Made by a program: the position numbers and the translations under genes. This document shows, in pieces, positions 59,577 through 64,000 of a DNA stretch of 64,000 nucleotides. Every line of letters starts with the position of its first letter. Position 1 is the stretch's first letter. The notes under the pieces are model-generated. The model worked only from the letters and a program-made list of their open reading frames with translations. It had not been told where the DNA came from and did not search any database. The DNA comes from an uncultured cyanobacterium (GTDB taxonomy: Bacteria; Cyanobacteriota; Cyanobacteriia; Cyanobacteriales; Nostocaceae): NCBI GenBank assembly GCA_963740315.1, contig CAVUDP010000001.1, positions 1,184,001 through 1,248,000 of the forward strand. The letters run 5' to 3'.

Positions 59577-60791
59577 ATGTTGTCTTCCGAAGGCAAACCA
59601 AATGATACAAGTACAGTAGCCAATCAAAAGCTATCTAAGACTATAAAGACTGGCGATGCATTATTAGATCCAAACCAACAACCAGTACGCGAACACATAT
59701 TTCGACTCATAGAAGAAGGTATTTTGTGTTTTGAGGCTTGCCTCTACCATCAAATTTTACCTTTGAAGTTGGAATATAACAGTCTGTTGTTGGGCATCGT
59801 TAATCCTAAAGACGCGGCAGCATTAAAATATGTAAATAGTATATTATCTTACTTAAAATGTACGGTAGTAACTAAAATCTTGTCTGCCGAAAATCACCGC
59901 ATCATATTGTCACAATACCTCAGCTACAAAAACGCATCGTCCGAGCCTAAGTTACATAAAAATGTTGTTGAAGTAGATTCCGAATTTGCAGAAGATTTAG
60001 AAGAAGAACTACCCGGAGATAATACTTTAATCCTGTTTGATGTTTCGAGTGAAGTTAATAAGACAAATTTTTCGGATCGAGAGCGTAAGAAATCTCCCGC
60101 TCGTAAACCTGTAAATAACGAAGATTTTGATAAAAATACCGATGCAGATATTTTTGAAGTTGTATCGGCAGATAATTTACCGATATTAAGATTACCTCTT
60201 CCAGAATCATTCATTAGCGATCGCGTACTATCAAGCCTTCCACCGAAAAAATTGCTCAAAGAATTGCTAGCAAGAGTTTTAGCAGGTGGGATCGGTCGTT
60301 TGTATTTGGAAAGACAGCCCGATCGAGGTAGAATACTTTGGAGTTTGAACGGGATAGTGCAGTCGGTAATAGAAGAACTACCGCTATCGGCGTTTCAAGG
60401 CGTACTCAATGAGTTAAAGCGATTGAGTTCTTTGCCAATGGTGACATTAACGCAGGCAAAACAAATAGAAATAGAATGTTTGTATCAACAGCAGCATTTG
60501 TTATTGCGTTTGCGAGTTATGCCGGGAATGCATGGTGAAGAAGCAACTTTACAAGTATTGCGCGGGGCTGCATTAAAATTTTATCAGCAACAACAGCTAA
60601 CCCGCCTTAGTAGTGACGTTTTAGGGGCTTCCCAACAGTTGAGTTACAAAGTACACGAACTACAGCAAAGACTGTCGTTAAATTTACCAAACTTAAATCC
60701 TCAGCAACAAGAAGCTTTAACTAGCTTAAACGAACTCGTTAAAGATTTAGATCGTCATTTAAAAATACTTACAGATATTCCCCCAATGTAA
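59577..60791 (+). CDS. GspE/PilB N-terminal-like protein lacking the ATPase domain
   Basis: MshEN/N1-like ACLYHQILPL and N2-like GIGRLYLE...LRLRVMPGMHGEEATLQVL; no Walker A. Confidence 0.7.
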   Translation: MLSSEGKPNDTSTVANQKLSKTIKTGDALLDPNQQPVREHIFRLIEEGILCFEACLYHQILPLKLEYNSLLLGIVNPKDAAALKYVNSILSYLKCTVVTKILSAENHRIILSQYLSYKNASSEPKLHKNVVEVDSEFAEDLEEELPGDNTLILFDVSSEVNKTNFSDRERKKSPARKPVNNEDFDKNTDADIFEVVSADNLPILRLPLPESFISDRVLSSLPPKKLLKELLARVLAGGIGRLYLERQPDRGRILWSLNGIVQSVIEELPLSAFQGVLNELKRLSSLPMVTLTQAKQIEIECLYQQQHLLLRLRVMPGMHGEEATLQVLRGAALKFYQQQQLTRLSSDVLGASQQLSYKVHELQQRLSLNLPNLNPQQQEALTSLNELVKDLDRHLKILTDIPPM

Positions 60792-60990
60792 ATAAATAGT
60801 CAGTGAAACCGCTGATGAGTATTTGTAAATGATTGTGTTGTAATAGAAACCATTACCGTTAATTCTAAAGAGTTGCGGTTAGATAAATTTAAATTTTGCC
60901 ACCGTAATTGACTGATTTATTACGGGTGAAATCTATTTATATAAAATCCTAGCTCCAGCTTTTTTTTAATCTATTTGTGGCAGATATTTC

Positions 60991-61674
60991 ATGCAGACAG
61001 CGGTTTTCAGCGACATTTTTCCCTTAATGAGTACGGCTAATCCCCAAACTTTGGAATGGCTACTTAACGTTGCAACAATGCACGGATATCCCGCAGGGCG
61101 AGCCGTTTTAATGGAAGACTCTTGGGGAAATGCAGTTTACTTTGTTTTATCGGGTTGGGTAAAAGTACGGCGCACTACCAGTGAAGATACTCGTGCCCTA
61201 GCAATTTTAGGTAAAGGCGATTTTTTTGGAGAAATGGCGATTTTAGATGAATCTCCTCGTTCTACCGATGTCATTGCTCTTTCCCCAGTAGAATTAATTA
61301 GCGTATCGAGAGAGAGCTTTATTCAAATATTATTTAAAGACTCCCAATTGCATCATCGGATGCTGCAACTGATGGTAAAGCGGATGCGTTACGTTAATTT
61401 ACGCTTGCATATGCGAGCCGCACCACCAGCAGTAAAATTAGCTCATACTTTGGTTTCTTTGGGTGAGAGTTACGGAGTAGAAGCTGAAAAAGGAAAAGAT
61501 ATTTATAACATTCCTTTTGCCGATTTAGCGGATGTTACCGACATCGGGATTGAAGAAACCACCCAAATTATGGAAAAGCTGCACGAAAAAGCTTGGATTA
61601 ACATCGACACCACCAAAGAGATAATTCGTCTGCTTAATTTCAAGCAATTGGTGAATTTGGCTGGCAAAATTTAA
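60991..61674 (+). CDS. Crp/Fnr-family transcriptional regulator
   Basis: GDFFGEMAILDESPRSTDV cNMP-binding motif; C-terminal HTH. Confidence 0.9.
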   Translation: MQTAVFSDIFPLMSTANPQTLEWLLNVATMHGYPAGRAVLMEDSWGNAVYFVLSGWVKVRRTTSEDTRALAILGKGDFFGEMAILDESPRSTDVIALSPVELISVSRESFIQILFKDSQLHHRMLQLMVKRMRYVNLRLHMRAAPPAVKLAHTLVSLGESYGVEAEKGKDIYNIPFADLADVTDIGIEETTQIMEKLHEKAWINIDTTKEIIRLLNFKQLVNLAGKI

Positions 61675-61707
61675 TTCGTCGCAATCTTAATTTAAAATTT
61701 TCCGTTA

Positions 61708-61736
61708 CCTGGTTTTTTGAAAAAGCCGGGTTTTTT
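61708..61736. terminator. Hairpin followed by a T-tract after the crp-like gene
   Basis: ACCTGGTTTTTT-GAAA-AAGCCGGGTTTTTT. Confidence 0.45.
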
Positions 61737-61798
61737 AATTATTTACGCTATAAATTATAAGTTAAATTAAAAAATTCTTAACTGAGAATTCTGAAAAA

Positions 61799-63556
61799 AT
61801 GACCGAAGTAACTGCTCCTCCTCTTAAAAGCTCTACAAATCTTGCCGCATCTTCAATTAATTACCAAGTTGCGATGCCGAATCCTCAAAACCATCTGTTT
61901 GAGGTTACTTTACACTTAAAGGATTATTCATCATCTAGTTTAGATTTAAAAATGCCCGTTTGGACTCCCGGCTCTTACTTGGTACGGGAATATGCCAAGC
62001 AATTACAAGATTTTTCGGCTTGGAGTGATGGTAAAGCTTTAACTTGGCGTAAAATTGGTAAAAATCATTGGGTAGTAGATACAGAGGGTGTTTCTGAAGT
62101 TACAGTTAATTACCGTATTTTTGCTAACGAATTAACCGTGCGGACAAACCATTTAGATGCAACTCACGGTTATTTTAATGGAGCAGCGCTATTTTTCCGA
62201 ATCCCAGAATTAGATCGTCTGCCAATTCGCGTTAGCATTCAAACACCACACCCTCAGTGGCAGGTAACAACAGCACTAGCAGCAGTTGAAGAAAATACTT
62301 TTGTTGCTAAAGACTTTGATACCCTTGTAGACAGCCCCTTTGAAATCGGTACCCATGAGCTATATGACTTCGAGGTGATGGGAAAACCGCATCAACTAGC
62401 AATTTGGGGAAAAGGTAACGTCAAAGTCGAACCGTTGATTGAAGATATCAAGAAAATCATCGAAGTAGAAGCGCAGATGTTTGGCGGTTTACCTTACGAA
62501 CGATATTTATTTCTGCTGCACTTATCCGCGCAATCATTCGGCGGTTTGGAACATAAAGACTCCTGCTCCTTAATTTATCGCCGCTTTGGATTTGGCGATC
62601 GCGAAAAATACGAGCGTTTCATGCAGTTGGTAGCCCATGAATTCTTCCACTTATGGAATGTTAAACGCATTCGTCCTAAAGAATTGGAAGTTTTCGATTA
62701 CGATCGAGAAAACTATACACCTTCTTTGTGGTTTTGCGAAGGTACTACAAGCTACTATGACTTATTAATTCCTTTAAGAGCCGGAATTTATAATGTTAGC
62801 TCTTACTTAAATAATTTAAGTAAAGAAATTACTCGACATGAAACAACACCGGGGCGTAAAGTACAACCCGTTTCCGAATCGAGTTTTGATGCTTGGATTA
62901 AACTTTACCGTCAAGATGCTAACAGTCCAAATTCTCAAATCTCCTACTATTTGAAAGGAGAAATGATTACATTGTTGTTAGATTTGCTGATTCGCGATCG
63001 CCATAACAATCAACGTTCCCTCGATGATGTGATGCTCAAACTATGGCAGCAATTTGGTAAAGACGAAATTGGTTATACTGCTGAGGAATTGAAGCAAATT
63101 ATCGAATCCGTAGCCGGAATTGATTTAACAGACTTCTTCCAACGTTATGTCCACGGTAGAGAAGATTTACCCTTTAACGAATATCTCCAACCTTTCGGTT
63201 TGAAATTAGTTGCCGACACGAACGAGGAGCCATTTTTAGGAATAAAAGTAACTAGTAATAATGCCAAAGAATCAATCAAATTTGTAGAAACAGATTCCCC
63301 AGCAGAAATTGCCGGAATAGACGCAGGAGATGAATTATTAGCAATTGATGGGATTAAAGTAACCGGACAATTAAGCGAAAGATTGAAAGATTATCAACCG
63401 CAAGATAGCATTGAAGTTACCGTATTTCATCAAGATGAACTGTGTACTTATAGCGTTACCTTAGCAGAACCTCGTGCTAACAAATACGAAGTAGTACCAG
63501 TTGAAAATCCTAATGCTGCTCAGAAAGAGAAATTTACAAAGTTTTTACGGGTGTAG
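61799..63556 (+). CDS. M61-family glycyl aminopeptidase with PDZ domain
   Basis: MPVWTPGSY, GGLEH, HEFFHLWN, EGTTSYY, SYYLKG, C-terminal PDZ. Confidence 0.94.
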   Translation: MTEVTAPPLKSSTNLAASSINYQVAMPNPQNHLFEVTLHLKDYSSSSLDLKMPVWTPGSYLVREYAKQLQDFSAWSDGKALTWRKIGKNHWVVDTEGVSEVTVNYRIFANELTVRTNHLDATHGYFNGAALFFRIPELDRLPIRVSIQTPHPQWQVTTALAAVEENTFVAKDFDTLVDSPFEIGTHELYDFEVMGKPHQLAIWGKGNVKVEPLIEDIKKIIEVEAQMFGGLPYERYLFLLHLSAQSFGGLEHKDSCSLIYRRFGFGDREKYERFMQLVAHEFFHLWNVKRIRPKELEVFDYDRENYTPSLWFCEGTTSYYDLLIPLRAGIYNVSSYLNNLSKEITRHETTPGRKVQPVSESSFDAWIKLYRQDANSPNSQISYYLKGEMITLLLDLLIRDRHNNQRSLDDVMLKLWQQFGKDEIGYTAEELKQIIESVAGIDLTDFFQRYVHGREDLPFNEYLQPFGLKLVADTNEEPFLGIKVTSNNAKESIKFVETDSPAEIAGIDAGDELLAIDGIKVTGQLSERLKDYQPQDSIEVTVFHQDELCTYSVTLAEPRANKYEVVPVENPNAAQKEKFTKFLRV

Positions 63557-63579
63557 TTTCTGAGTTTGGATTGTAGATT

Positions 63580-63758
63580 GTAGGTTGGGTTAGGCGCACA
63601 TATAATTTTTATGATTCACCAAGAATAAAAAGCGCCGTAACCCAACATCATGATTATGGATAAATACTGTAGAAAATCTTTAACGTTGTGTTGGGTTACG
63701 GTTCAAATATAAGTTATTTGTTGAAAATTACAATCTTCGCGAACCTAACCCAACCTAC
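63580..63758. repeat. GTAG-type REP doublet / MITE-like element
   Basis: Terminal inverted repeat GTAGGTTGGGTTAGG...CCTAACCCAACCTAC and internal CCGTAACCCAACA...TGTTGGGTTACGG. Confidence 0.85.
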
Positions 63759-63794
63759 TAACTACAAAGTTGGGAATATAAATAAAATGTAGTT

Positions 63795-64000
63795 TTAATG
63801 CTTCTTTTGTAAGTGCGACACCCACTCTTTCATGACTGCGGTAATTTGTCGCAAGTCGTCTTCACTAATAATGTATGGGGGCATCGCGTACAGCCATTTG
63901 CTATACGGACGAAGCCATACTCCCCGTTTTAGGGCAAACTCCCTGAATCCTATGAGGTTCGACGCAGATTCAAACTCTAGGACTCCTATAGCTCCAAGTA
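63795..64000 (-). CDS. bioA: C-terminal fragment of adenosylmethionine-8-amino-7-oxononanoate aminotransferase (continues past the window)
   Basis: Manual translation LGAIGVLEFESASNLIGFREFALKRGVWLRPYSKWLYAMPPYIISEDDLRQITAVMKEWVSHLQKKH*, a typical BioA C-terminus. Confidence 0.75.
   Translation of the reverse strand, partial: LGAIGVLEFESASNLIGFREFALKRGVWLRPYSKWLYAMPPYIISEDDLRQITAVMKEWVSHLQKKH

Overview
AT-rich chromosomal window from a filamentous, probably heterocyst-forming cyanobacterium (Nostocales; Rivularia/Calothrix-like is a guess). Evidence: frequent HIP1 GCGATCGC, 7-8 nt short tandem repeats (STRR), ccmK3/ccmK4 and a HetZ-related gene. Most of the window is housekeeping or signalling: sepF, proC, HelY helicase, hisS, gloB, dprA, adenylate cyclase, two histidine kinases, nurA, mntCAB with ManR-like boxes, a C5 DNA methyltransferase, Crp, an M61 peptidase and the 3' end of bioA. 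The main point of interest is an ~11.8 kb co-directional cluster at 6608-18363 that looks like an orphan PKS/NRPS-independent biosynthetic system. It encodes a putative GNAT-like protein, three Rieske oxygenases, two ferritin-like dimetal enzymes (one AurF/CylC-like), a ferredoxin, a His-box desaturase/hydroxylase, a hexapeptide acyltransferase, a GH3 amido-synthetase and an unannotated 58-aa membrane protein. Next to it are a filamentous-haemagglutinin-type exoprotein and a tandem pair of PEP-CTERM zinc metalloproteases. Smaller findings are a TetR gene split by one TGA, an orphan antitoxin with a toxin stub, a PhnD-kinase coupled module, STRR repeats translated in-frame inside proteins, nested small dispersed repeats and a probable CTG start codon. 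All calls come from reading motifs by eye; no database searches were run.
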